NCBI GenBank assembly: GCA_030429345.1
Contig: JAUIFJ010000013.1
Coordinates: 13,812-77,811, forward strand
Reading direction: 5' to 3'
Length of the DNA: 64,000 bases
From: a bacterium
GTDB taxonomy: Bacteria > CAIWAD01
The position numbers and the translations under genes are program-made. Of this stretch, positions 1 to 9,110 are shown piece by piece (positions within the stretch are counted from its first letter, which is position 1; every line of letters starts with the position of its first letter). Under the pieces are notes generated by a model that saw only the letters and a list, made by a program, of their open reading frames with translations, had not been told where the DNA came from and ran no database searches.

Positions 1-1
1 C

Positions 2-604
2 TTCACCTTCAACAGCGACGGCAATCCCACTCCGGCGACAACCGTCGACCTGGCGACGCTGACCAGCGATCCCGAGGGCTGGGAGAGCGTCCTGGTCCAC
101 CTGGAGGATGTGGAGATCACGGACAACGACCTGGGCTTCGGCGAGATGGAGATCTCCGACGGAACGGGCACGATCGTGCTCGACAACGAGGGCGTGTGGG
201 ACATCGCCTTCGAGAACGGGGACACGATTGATGATCTCACTGGCATCATCACCTACAACTTCGGCGCCTGGAAGATCAATCCCCGAGACAACGAGGACTT
301 CAGCGGCCTGACCGACATCGCCGAAGGGAATCTGCAGCCGGTCTTCGAGCTGCAGGGCAATTTCCCCAATCCCTTCAACCCCTCGACGCGCATTGTCTAC
401 AGCCTGGGCAGCGCGGCCGCGGTGGAGCTGAGCGTCTACAACCTGAACGGCGAGCTCGTGACGACCCTGGTCGACGGCACGCTGCCCGCCGGCAGCCACG
501 AGAGCGTCTGGCAGGCCGAGGCCATGGCCAGCGGCCTCTACTTCGCCCGCCTGAGCGTGGACGGAGACGCCATCGACACGCAGCGCATGCTGCTGATCAA
601 GTAG
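2..604 (+). CDS. 3' part of a secreted protein (5' end outside window) ending in a T9SS type-A C-terminal sorting domain
   Basis: The frame is open from the window edge (FTFNSDGNPTPATT.. precedes the track's GTG at 110). The C-terminus NFPNPFNPSTRIVYSL..VELSVYNLNGELVTTLVDGTLPAGSHESVWQAE..ASGLYFARL..QRMLLIK matches the Por/T9SS CTD pattern. A strong terminator follows. Confidence 0.8.
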   Translation, partial: FTFNSDGNPTPATTVDLATLTSDPEGWESVLVHLEDVEITDNDLGFGEMEISDGTGTIVLDNEGVWDIAFENGDTIDDLTGIITYNFGAWKINPRDNEDFSGLTDIAEGNLQPVFELQGNFPNPFNPSTRIVYSLGSAAAVELSVYNLNGELVTTLVDGTLPAGSHESVWQAEAMASGLYFARLSVDGDAIDTQRMLLIK

Positions 605-614
605 GATCCCCGAA

Positions 615-647
615 GGGGCGGCGTCCGACAGGGCGCCGCCCCCTTTT
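615..647 (+). terminator. Rho-independent terminator
   Basis: 9-bp GC stem GGGGCGGCG (615-623) / CGCCGCCCC (634-642), 10-nt loop, then TTTT (644-647), 11 nt after the stop codon. Confidence 0.8.
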
Positions 648-799
648 CCAGGATCTTCAACACGGGGCACAGGGCGGATCACGGCATGCGGGAGTTCCCG
701 CGGGACTCCGCGGCCCGGAAGGGGCCGGCTGCCAAACGCCGTGTTTCCCGTGATGCAAGAACCTGCAACCAGCTGCCCACGCGGGCAGGAGAAGCGAAG

Positions 800-2359
800 A
801 TGACACGAAGCGGACGCGCGGGACAGCGCGGCCTTCTGTTCCTGGGACTGGCGACCCTGCTGCTCCTGGCCTGTGATCCGGACGAGGGACGGAACACGAA
901 ACTGGCCAACGAGCTGCCCGAGACCCACCTGAGCCTGGGCTATTTCCGCGCCGGCACGGACACGCCGGACACTCTGGACCAGTCGACGGCCCGCGTCGGC
1001 ATGGCCTGGTGGGGCGCGGACGCCGACGGCGCGATCGCCGGCTACGAGTACCGCTGGAGCTACGAGGCGGACACGGTCTGGCATGAAACACAGAGCGAGG
1101 CCGACACCTTCGTCGTGCTGCTTACGGCCCAGGAGGATACCTTCTCCTTCAGCGTGCGCGCCATCGACGACGAGGGGGAGCGGGATCCCTCCCCGGCGCG
1201 CGTCGTCCTGCCCGTGCGCAACAGCCGGCCGGAACTGGAATGGACTCCCAATTCTCTGGAGCTGCTCAACGGCTTCTTCGGCGGGGACACCAGCACGACT
1301 TTTCCGCACCTGACCTTCCGCTACAGCGCCTGGGACCTGGATGGTGTCGAGACCATCCGGAAGATCTTCTGGGCCCTGGACGATACCACCCAATGGCAGG
1401 AGCTGGACAGCCTGAACAAGTCGCTGTCGCAGGTGCCCCTGGGACCGGATCTGCTGACGCCGGGACCGCACCGCTTCTTCCTGAAGGCCCAGGACGTGGC
1501 CCTTGCCGAATCCAACATTCTCAGCTATCCCGCCGGTGAGACAGACACGAGCCTCGTCGGTGTCGAACGAGTCTGGATGGTCCGCGAGCCCGTCGGCGAC
1601 CTGCTGGTCGTATACGACGACCCCGTCAGCTCGAGTACGCGCCAGGGCATCGTGCGCCAGGTGCTGGAGAACCTTGATCTGGAGGAAGGGGTCGACTACA
1701 GCGAGTGGATCGTCAACAGCAACCATTACCACTGGCTGGACCGCAACCCGGACTGGTCCGAGTTCTACTGGCTGCCCGCCAACGGGTCGGACACCTACAA
1801 CACTCTTTCCGATTTCGACATGGTCTTCTGGATCAGTTCCAAGGAGACCCAGCTCAACGCGGCCTGTCCGCCGCTCGGGCAATACATGGCCGAAGGCGGC
1901 AAGGTGCTGATGGCCAGCGCCGACGTGGGCTACTACGATGACACGAACGAGGTGCCCGTGCTCAACGAGGGCATCTGCCTGCCTATCGATTCGCTGACAC
2001 ACGAACGGGCGCGCATCTTTCCGGCGGGCGGCAGCCGGGACGAGCCCCTGACCCCCGGCGCCGGCTTCGAGAACCTTTATCCGGTGCTCTACGTGACCTC
2101 GCCGACCACTTTCCAGGGACCGGGCAACAATTCGCTCGATTTCGGATTCCGCCCCGCCCCGGGCGCCGAAGAGCTGTATTACATCCCCGAAGACCCCGGC
2201 AATCCGGTGGCCGGTCCCCGTGTGACGATGGGCTGCCGCATTGCCGCCGACGAGCGGCCCGACAAGGCCCGGCTGGTCTACATGACCGTGCGCCTGGATC
2301 TGCTGGACAACCTGGAAGGCTTCTTCCAGGTCCTGATCGAGGAGGACTTCGACTGGTGA
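800..2359 (+). CDS. Lipoprotein of unknown function with Ig-like (Y_Y_Y-type) repeats; first gene of the outer-membrane operon
   Basis: ATG at 800 is preceded by AGGAGA. The signal and lipobox are MTRSGRAGQRGLLFLGLATLLLLAC. Repeats such as YEYRW..DTFSFSVRAIDDEGERDP and HRFFLKAQD resemble Y_Y_Y Ig-like domains. The track's start at 686 would add 38 non-signal residues. The stop overlaps the next start (GTGA). Confidence 0.7.
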   Translation: MTRSGRAGQRGLLFLGLATLLLLACDPDEGRNTKLANELPETHLSLGYFRAGTDTPDTLDQSTARVGMAWWGADADGAIAGYEYRWSYEADTVWHETQSEADTFVVLLTAQEDTFSFSVRAIDDEGERDPSPARVVLPVRNSRPELEWTPNSLELLNGFFGGDTSTTFPHLTFRYSAWDLDGVETIRKIFWALDDTTQWQELDSLNKSLSQVPLGPDLLTPGPHRFFLKAQDVALAESNILSYPAGETDTSLVGVERVWMVREPVGDLLVVYDDPVSSSTRQGIVRQVLENLDLEEGVDYSEWIVNSNHYHWLDRNPDWSEFYWLPANGSDTYNTLSDFDMVFWISSKETQLNAACPPLGQYMAEGGKVLMASADVGYYDDTNEVPVLNEGICLPIDSLTHERARIFPAGGSRDEPLTPGAGFENLYPVLYVTSPTTFQGPGNNSLDFGFRPAPGAEELYYIPEDPGNPVAGPRVTMGCRIAADERPDKARLVYMTVRLDLLDNLEGFFQVLIEEDFDW

Positions 2360-5130
2360 GAGTCCCCGACCGACATTGGATCACGACCGCGCTTCTCGTG
2401 CTGCTGACGGCCCTGGCGGCCTTCGCCCAGGGCAGCCTGCGCGGCATCGTAAAGGATGCCGACACCGGCGAGGGCCTGGTGGGCGTCAACATCATCGTCA
2501 AGGGCACCTACAAGGGCGCGGCGACGGATTTCGACGGCAACTACCTGATCCGCGACATTCCCCTGGGCACCGTCGACGTGCAGGTCAGCAGCCTGGGCTA
2601 CAAGACCGTCATCGAGAGCGGCGTGCCGATCCTCGACGGCCAGGAGACGCGCCGCGACTTCCGCATGGAGCGTTCCTACCTGGCCACCGAGGACGTGGTG
2701 ATCATCGGCGACCGGCCCCTGCTGGAAGTGGACAACACCAGCAGCTCGACGCGCATCAAGCAGGAAGAGATCCAGACCCAGGTGGTCGAGGACGTCTCCG
2801 ACGTGGTCAGCCAGCAGGTCGGTGTCACAAAGAGCGACAACGAGATCCACATTCGCGGCGGCCGGGTGGAGGAGAGCCTCTACATCATCGACGGCCTCTC
2901 CGTCAAGGACCCGATCTCGGGCCAGGGCTACGGCGTCTACCTGAGCGCGGAATCGGTCAGCGAGATCGAGGTGATCACCGGCGGCTTCAATGCCGAGTAC
3001 GGCGAGGCCATGTCCGGCGTGATCGATGTCAAGACCCGCGAGGGCGACGAGAAGTTCTTCGGCAATTTCAGCTGGAAGCGCGACAACCTGGGCCTGGACC
3101 TGCCTTCGGACAACCAGAATCAGGATGTGATCGAAACCAGCATGGGCGGTCCGCTGGGGGTTCCGGGCGTGCCGGGCAGCCTGTCCTACTTCGTCAACGG
3201 CTACGGCAGTTTCAGTGACACGCACCTGCCCCACGCCACCGAGCTGGAGCCGACCCAGGAGTGGATGCAGGAGTTCAGCCTGCGCCAGGAAAACAACATC
3301 AGCGGACTCTTCAAGCTGGCCTGGCGGCCGATCCTGACCCGCAAGCTGGTGGCCTCCTTCGGACGCAGCTTCAAGGTCAACCAGGGCTATTTCGATACCC
3401 TGGTCGAGGACCGGCGCTTCTACCCCTACGAGTACCAGGAGAACCTGGACAACTACAACACCTTCACCCAGGAAAGCCTCCAGTTCAGCATGACCTGGAA
3501 CGAGACCATCAGCCGGCGCAGCTATTTCGAGCTGGTGCTGGGCCGCTTCTTCATCAACCAGCACGCCGACGCCGGCAAGCACTGGAGCGAGTACGAAAGG
3601 CCGCTGGACATCGATCCCACCTGGTACATCCAGCTGCCCGACGGCACGACGCTGATCGAGCAGGGCGACGGCTTCTGGGACTACGGCGACACGGACTTCT
3701 GGCACGACCACTTCGCCGATACCTGGTCGCTGAAGGGCAACCTGACGACGCACCTGAACGACGAGCACGAGCTGAAGACGGGCTTCGAGATCGAGAATAC
3801 GGAACTGCAGCTGCTGCACATCAACGCTCCCTGGCTGGGCAGCGGGCAGGCGCCGGGCCGCGACTACGACCAGTATCACGTCTGGACCACCGCCGGCGCG
3901 CTCTACCTGCAGGACAAGATCACCTTCAAGGGCCTCAACGCCAACGTGGGTCTGCGCCTGGACTACTGGCGCCCCGGCGCCTACCTGGAGGACGTGGTCG
4001 CCGACAGCTCCGTATACATCCTGACCGACGCCGCGCGCAGCCTCTACGACGAGGAGACCTTCGGCCTCTTCGGCGGCCGCTGGAAGGCCCAGCTCAGTCC
4101 GCGCCTCGGCATCAGCCACCCGGTGACGGACAACGACGTGCTGCTCTTCAGCTACGGCCACTTCAGCCAGCGCCCCCGTTATTCCTATGTATACGCCAAC
4201 CTGCGCAGCAAGAGCTCGAACACCTACCAGCTGATCGGCAACCCGAACCTCAATCCGACCACCACCGTGGCCTACGAGCTGGGACTGAAGCACCGCTTCA
4301 ACGAGTCGAGCGCCCTGCAGCTGACCTCTTTCTACAAGGACATGTTCAACTACGTGACGGCCTTCCGCATCAGCCGCGACCATCCGCGCCTGGGCAACGT
4401 GAGCTACACGCAGTACTACAACATCGACTACGCGCGCAGCCGCGGCCTGGAGCTTTCCTGGCGCCACCGCTTCCCGCGCTATTTCAGCTTCGTCTGGAAC
4501 CTGAGCTACACCGTGCTGACCGGCAAGAGCTCCAGCCCGGCGGAGAACCTGCTCAACCAGGCCAGCACCAACGCCGACGACGAGAACCTGGGCGAGAACT
4601 ACCTGCGCTGGGACAAGCCGATCACCACCTCGGCCAACCTGCGCTTCTACGTGCCCTCGAGCCGTCCGCTGCGCGTCGGCAACTGGAAGAGCCCCGTCGA
4701 CTGGGGCCTCAACCTGCGCCTCGACTACAGCTCGGGACCGCGCTACAGCCCCGAGTACATCGAGGAGACCGCCGGCGTGCCCGAGTCCTATCGGGTGGAC
4801 CAGGACCCGTATACGGCCCTCTCGCAGAATCTCTTCACCATGGATCTCAATGTCTGGAAGAATGTCAACCGCCTCTTCGGCACGCCCGTGCGGATGAAGG
4901 TCTTCTGCGAGACCAAGAACCTCTTCAACAGCCAGCGCGCCCGCACCACGGGCCAGATCAATCCGCTGACGGGGCAGGTCTGGCAGCCCGGCGATCCCTT
5001 CATCGCCAACAACCGGGTGTACTACGAGTACGACCCCATCCTCTCGCTGCAGGGAGTGCGCGACCCCAACACGCCCTCGCGCTTCTGGGCCCCGCGGCAG
5101 GTGATGTTCGGAATCAGCCTGGGACTATGA
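2356..5130 (+). CDS. TonB-dependent outer-membrane receptor with N-terminal carboxypeptidase-regulatory-like domain (Oar/SusC-style architecture)
   Basis: Signal peptide LLVLLTALAAFAQG. CarboxypepD_reg pattern GIVKDADTGEGLVGVNIIVKGTYKGAATDFDGNYLIRDIPLGTVDVQVSSLGYK. Plug motif IHIRGGRVEESLYIIDGLSVKDP. The long C-terminal region has the alternating pattern of a beta-barrel. Confidence 0.85.
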   Translation: MRVPDRHWITTALLVLLTALAAFAQGSLRGIVKDADTGEGLVGVNIIVKGTYKGAATDFDGNYLIRDIPLGTVDVQVSSLGYKTVIESGVPILDGQETRRDFRMERSYLATEDVVIIGDRPLLEVDNTSSSTRIKQEEIQTQVVEDVSDVVSQQVGVTKSDNEIHIRGGRVEESLYIIDGLSVKDPISGQGYGVYLSAESVSEIEVITGGFNAEYGEAMSGVIDVKTREGDEKFFGNFSWKRDNLGLDLPSDNQNQDVIETSMGGPLGVPGVPGSLSYFVNGYGSFSDTHLPHATELEPTQEWMQEFSLRQENNISGLFKLAWRPILTRKLVASFGRSFKVNQGYFDTLVEDRRFYPYEYQENLDNYNTFTQESLQFSMTWNETISRRSYFELVLGRFFINQHADAGKHWSEYERPLDIDPTWYIQLPDGTTLIEQGDGFWDYGDTDFWHDHFADTWSLKGNLTTHLNDEHELKTGFEIENTELQLLHINAPWLGSGQAPGRDYDQYHVWTTAGALYLQDKITFKGLNANVGLRLDYWRPGAYLEDVVADSSVYILTDAARSLYDEETFGLFGGRWKAQLSPRLGISHPVTDNDVLLFSYGHFSQRPRYSYVYANLRSKSSNTYQLIGNPNLNPTTTVAYELGLKHRFNESSALQLTSFYKDMFNYVTAFRISRDHPRLGNVSYTQYYNIDYARSRGLELSWRHRFPRYFSFVWNLSYTVLTGKSSSPAENLLNQASTNADDENLGENYLRWDKPITTSANLRFYVPSSRPLRVGNWKSPVDWGLNLRLDYSSGPRYSPEYIEETAGVPESYRVDQDPYTALSQNLFTMDLNVWKNVNRLFGTPVRMKVFCETKNLFNSQRARTTGQINPLTGQVWQPGDPFIANNRVYYEYDPILSLQGVRDPNTPSRFWAPRQVMFGISLGL

Positions 5131-6152
5131 GAATGAATCATGTAATACAACACTACGGGCCGCGCGCCCTGCTGGCCGGACTGCTGCTGGCGCCGGCCCT
5201 GCTGCCCGCCCAGGAGCTGATCCGCAACTTCGGGGAGGAGCGCGTCGGCACCACGGCGCTCAGCTTTCTCAAGATCGGCGTCGGCGCGCGCGCGGAGGGC
5301 ATGGCCCAGGCCTTCGTCGGCGTCGCCGACGACGGCAGCGCCCTCTACTGGAACCCGGCGGGTCTGGGACGGATGTCGGGCGGCCTGTTCAGCGTGACAC
5401 ACCTGGAATGGCCGGCCGAGATCACCTACGACTACATCGGCCTGGTGCAGAACATCAACGAGCGTCTCACGCTGGGCATGGCCTACGCCCAGCTGAAGAC
5501 CGACGAGATGCCCGTCACCACCGAGACCCACCCCACCGGCGACGGCCGCACCTTCTACTTCATCGACCAGAGCCTGCAGGCCACGGCCGGCCTTCGAATG
5601 ACCGACCAGTTCTCCTTCGGCATCAGCCTGAAGTACATTCGCGAGGACATCGACGATGTCAGCCTGAGCACCGTGCTCGGCGACCTGGGCACCTTCTACC
5701 GCACGGGCTGGCGGGACATGTCGATCGCGGTCTCCTTAAGCAACTTCGGCGGCGTGGTACAGCCCGACGGCAGCTACCTGCCCGCCAACTCCGACGACGG
5801 GCGCAGGCAGGACTACGAGGAATTCAGTCCGCCGACGATCTTCCGCATCGGTTCGGCCATGACCCTCTTCTCCTACAACGAGCATCACCTGCTGGGAAGC
5901 GGGCAGATCAATCATCCCGTAGACAACCAGGAAAGCTACGCCATCGGCATGGAGTACGACTGGCTGAAGCGCTATTTCCTGCGCGGCGGCTGGAAGATCA
6001 ACGCCGGGGAGGAAAGCTGGACGCTGGGGGCGGGCCTCGACTTCCGCATCAACCGGATGGCCATCGTGCTCGACATCAGCTACAGCGACTTCGGCATCCT
6101 GAGCGAGAGCAAGCGCACATCGGCCCAACTGGCCTGGGAGGACTGGAGATGA
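5127..6152 (+). CDS. PorV/PorQ-family-like outer-membrane beta-barrel protein
   Basis: The ATG at 5127 overlaps the upstream stop (ATGA). Signal peptide ..LLLAPALLPAQE. The N-terminal motif TTALSFLKIGVGARAEGMAQAFVGVADDGSALYWNPAGLG matches the PorV/PorQ (FadL-like) signature as I remember it. Only the last 342 codons of track ORF 3261..6152 are taken as real. Confidence 0.55.
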   Translation: MRMNHVIQHYGPRALLAGLLLAPALLPAQELIRNFGEERVGTTALSFLKIGVGARAEGMAQAFVGVADDGSALYWNPAGLGRMSGGLFSVTHLEWPAEITYDYIGLVQNINERLTLGMAYAQLKTDEMPVTTETHPTGDGRTFYFIDQSLQATAGLRMTDQFSFGISLKYIREDIDDVSLSTVLGDLGTFYRTGWRDMSIAVSLSNFGGVVQPDGSYLPANSDDGRRQDYEEFSPPTIFRIGSAMTLFSYNEHHLLGSGQINHPVDNQESYAIGMEYDWLKRYFLRGGWKINAGEESWTLGAGLDFRINRMAIVLDISYSDFGILSESKRTSAQLAWEDWR

Positions 6153-7561
6153 AGACTGCGGCTGTGAGACACACGCGCCCGCTGGCCTTCCTGGCCCTCG
6201 CCGTCGCCCTGGGCTGTTCGGTGGACAAGTTCAGCCTGCCCGCCGAGGGCGAGGGCATCGGCGGCGTGGCGGACACGACCTACCTGCTGCTCAACGCCAC
6301 CATCGACCTGGGCAGCACGGAAGCGGACCCCGCCGACATGTTCATCAACGACGACGGCCACCTCTACGTGGCCGAGAGCGGCACGGGGCGGATCAGCGTC
6401 TGGAACCAGGCCCTGCTTGACCTGAATGATCCAAGCCCCGGCGAGCAGCTGGGCGAGCCGGGTCTGGCGGACTTCGAGCTGCCGGGCGTCCAGGCCGTCT
6501 GCGTGGGCAGCGAGCAGCTGCTCTTCGCCAGCGCGGGGGACAGCAGCATCTGGGCCGTGCACCTGCTGCCGGCGAGGACAGAGGTCCTGGCCGCGCTCAC
6601 CCGATTCCTGGTAATCGACGGGGGCATGGCCGATACCCTGAGCGTGGTCGAGATGTCCGATCGTCTTTCGTCCTCCTCGCAGCAGGAGATCGCCAACTGG
6701 CAGATCACGGCCCTCGATTCGATTCCCCTCGGCAGCGCCGAGCTGGATTCGATGATCGCCCCGCACCGCTTCTGGTCCGGCGCGGGATCAAACAATGTAG
6801 ACGCGCTGGCGCCGGGGCGCCCCGGGGAACGGGAAGTGCTCTTCGTCAACAACGGCCAGTCGGATTCGCGCGTCCAGCAGTTGAATTTCGAGCCGGTGGC
6901 GCTGCTGCTGCACGGGACGGGCTTCACGGCCTACAGTTATCTCTATGCGGCGGTCGGCACGCCGGAGCGCGTGGTCTATCCCGGAACCGGGCTGGGCTTC
7001 ATCCGCAATGGCCGCAGCCTGGCGCGCGACTGCAACAATCGCCTGTACTACACCATGTCCAACCTGGATGGGGACTCCCTCGTCGATTCCCTGAGTTTCC
7101 GCGTCCAGCGCTCGACCTACGAGCTGGACGCCAACGGGCGGGATACATGGAACGCGGACCTCAACCTGAGTCCCTTCGACGACTTCATCTCGCATCCCTA
7201 CCTGGACCCGGTCGACATCAGCTACACCAACACGCATATCCTGGTCTGTGATCGCCTGGCGCGGCATGTGCAGGTCTTCAGCCTGAGCGGCGACTTCATC
7301 CGCCCCTGCGGGGCATCCCGCGTCTGGCGTGATTCGCTGGTGACGGTCAATGGTGTGACAAGCAATCTGCTGGTCAAGGACTGGGACTACGATCTGCTCA
7401 ACGAGCCGACCTGCGTCGCCAGCTTCGGCAACAGCAGCTGCCGCTCGGCGGACCTGGACCAGGAGGTGATCTTCGTCGCCGACCAGGGCGACGGCCTGAG
7501 CAACGACCGCATCCTGCTCTTCTCTCTTTCGCAGAGCAGCAGCGATCTGCCGGACCAGTAA
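6149..7561 (+). CDS. Lipoprotein, possible NHL/beta-propeller repeats
   Basis: ATGA overlap with the upstream gene. Lipobox LALAVALGCSV. Segments such as HLYVAESGTGRISVWN and THILVCDRLARHVQVFSLSGDF resemble NHL repeats. Confidence 0.6.
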   Translation: MKTAAVRHTRPLAFLALAVALGCSVDKFSLPAEGEGIGGVADTTYLLLNATIDLGSTEADPADMFINDDGHLYVAESGTGRISVWNQALLDLNDPSPGEQLGEPGLADFELPGVQAVCVGSEQLLFASAGDSSIWAVHLLPARTEVLAALTRFLVIDGGMADTLSVVEMSDRLSSSSQQEIANWQITALDSIPLGSAELDSMIAPHRFWSGAGSNNVDALAPGRPGEREVLFVNNGQSDSRVQQLNFEPVALLLHGTGFTAYSYLYAAVGTPERVVYPGTGLGFIRNGRSLARDCNNRLYYTMSNLDGDSLVDSLSFRVQRSTYELDANGRDTWNADLNLSPFDDFISHPYLDPVDISYTNTHILVCDRLARHVQVFSLSGDFIRPCGASRVWRDSLVTVNGVTSNLLVKDWDYDLLNEPTCVASFGNSSCRSADLDQEVIFVADQGDGLSNDRILLFSLSQSSSDLPDQ

Positions 7562-8205
7562 TGCCGCTTCGCCTGTTCTTGTGTTCCATGATCCTGCTGG
7601 GCCTGACGGCCTGCGCCGGCATGCGCATGCCGGATCGCAGCCTGCCGCCCCTGGGGCGGGTCATGCCCGATTCGGTCTTCGTCCACCACTGGCCGCCGGA
7701 TTCGCAGGCCGATTCGCTCTTCGTGATCCAGAAGATGCCTCGCCGCTCGCTGGGCAGCTCCGCCGACTACCTGCGTGTCTGGCGCACAAGCTTCGAGGAC
7801 GAGGCGCGCCGCCAGGGCATGAAAGTGATCTGGCCTGCCGCCGGACTGGGCGCGGCGGACACGGGCTGGCCCGCCCTGCCCGGAAGCGCAAGCTGGGTGC
7901 TGGTGCCCCTGGGTTTCGAGCTGCAGGGCGTGAACCGCGGCGGAATCGGAAGCTTCTTTGCCTGGCTCGGCGTATCACAACCGGCGCGCCGCGAGTACGG
8001 CTGGCTGAAAAGCCGTTTCCGCTTCGAGGCCACCACCGGAGCCGTGCTCTGGGAGGACAGCCTGCTCAGCCGCCGGCCGGACGGGAAGTATACGCTGAAC
8101 CGCACCGACCGCGCCGGGCTGCTGGCCACGCAGGCGGCCAAGGACCTGGTCCAGGTGCTGCGCGAAGGCATCGAGCCGGCGCCGCCAAGGGAGAGCGAGG
8201 AATGA
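7561..8205 (+). CDS. Small lipoprotein of unknown function
   Basis: TAATG overlap with the upstream stop. Lipobox MILLGLTACAG. GC3-rich codon usage matches its neighbours. Confidence 0.6.
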   Translation: MPLRLFLCSMILLGLTACAGMRMPDRSLPPLGRVMPDSVFVHHWPPDSQADSLFVIQKMPRRSLGSSADYLRVWRTSFEDEARRQGMKVIWPAAGLGAADTGWPALPGSASWVLVPLGFELQGVNRGGIGSFFAWLGVSQPARREYGWLKSRFRFEATTGAVLWEDSLLSRRPDGKYTLNRTDRAGLLATQAAKDLVQVLREGIEPAPPRESEE

Positions 8206-9086
8206 AGCCTGTCCATGGAATCACCCCCCTGCCCCTGTTCTGCCGCAGGATCCTGCGCCTGCTGCCGCCGCTGTTGCTGGCGCTGCTGCTTTCGGGATGC
8301 AGCGTCAAGGGCCTTGTCACACGGCAGGTCACCCCGGTGATCGACGGCATGGTCGAGAGCCTCTTCGCCGAGCCCGACCTGCAACTGGCGCGGACAGCCT
8401 TCGAGGCCGACATCAAGCTCATCGAGGGCCTGCGCCGCAGCCTGGACAGCCGCGAGCTGCAGGTCCGCCAGGCGATGGCCCTGGCCGGCTACGCGCTGCT
8501 CTTCTGCGAAGGCGTGGACAACGAGCGCGCCTCGCGCTTCTATCGCCGCTCGCTGAACGTGGGCCTGGAACTGCTGGGCGAGGATCCTTTCGAGCGGAAC
8601 CAGGAGGATTTCGAGGCCTGGCTGGTTGGCATGGAGGACCAGGAGGCCCTCTTCTGGACCGCTTTCCCCTACGGCGCCTGGATGGCGCTCAACCTTAGCG
8701 AGAACGAGGCCACCTTTCGCCTGCACCGCGTCGAGGCGATGATCGCCCGCGCCAGCGAATTGAACCCCCACTACTTCTTCGGCGCCGGCGACCTCTTCGC
8801 CGGGGCGATCCACTGCGTCAAGCCCCGCTTCATCGGCGGGGACCCGGCGGCAGGCCAGGCCCTCTTCCACGCCGTCGGCGAAACCGCCTCCCGCGGGCTG
8901 CTGCTGCCGCTCTACTTCGAGGCCCGCTACTACTGCCCCGCCTCCCTCGACGAGGAGCGCTTCGACCAGATCCTGCAGTCGGCGGAGCAGTATGACCTCT
9001 CCCAAAGGCCGGACATGGCCCTGCTGAATCACTGGGCGCTGGAGCAGATTCGGGCGCTGGGGGAGATGCGGGGGGAGTTGTTTTAG
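8202..9086 (+). CDS. TatT-family-like helical lipoprotein (TRAP-T-associated TPR-like protein family)
   Basis: ATGA overlap with the upstream gene. Lipobox LLALLLSGCSV. The protein is helical. The C-terminal region CVKPRFIGGDPAAGQALFHAV..LLPLYFEARYY..ERFDQIL..ALLNHWALEQIRAL resembles the TatT family as I recall it. Confidence 0.5.
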   Translation: MKPVHGITPLPLFCRRILRLLPPLLLALLLSGCSVKGLVTRQVTPVIDGMVESLFAEPDLQLARTAFEADIKLIEGLRRSLDSRELQVRQAMALAGYALLFCEGVDNERASRFYRRSLNVGLELLGEDPFERNQEDFEAWLVGMEDQEALFWTAFPYGAWMALNLSENEATFRLHRVEAMIARASELNPHYFFGAGDLFAGAIHCVKPRFIGGDPAAGQALFHAVGETASRGLLLPLYFEARYYCPASLDEERFDQILQSAEQYDLSQRPDMALLNHWALEQIRALGEMRGELF

Positions 9087-9110
9087 GGGCTAGCAGGCAT
9101 GACCAAGAGA

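Noticed and set aside
2278-4467. 729-aa minus-strand ORF
   Set aside because: It is antisense to the TonB-dependent receptor, whose plug and CarboxypepD_reg motifs are unambiguous. The product is Ala/Val/Gly/Gln/Leu-rich with no recognisable domain.
3261-5126. Upstream two-thirds of track ORF 3261..6152 (963 aa)
   Set aside because: It is out of frame with, and fully inside, the TonB receptor gene, and the product is Pro/Arg/Gly/Ala-rich. Only the segment from the ATG at 5127 (signal peptide plus PorV-like motif) is credible.
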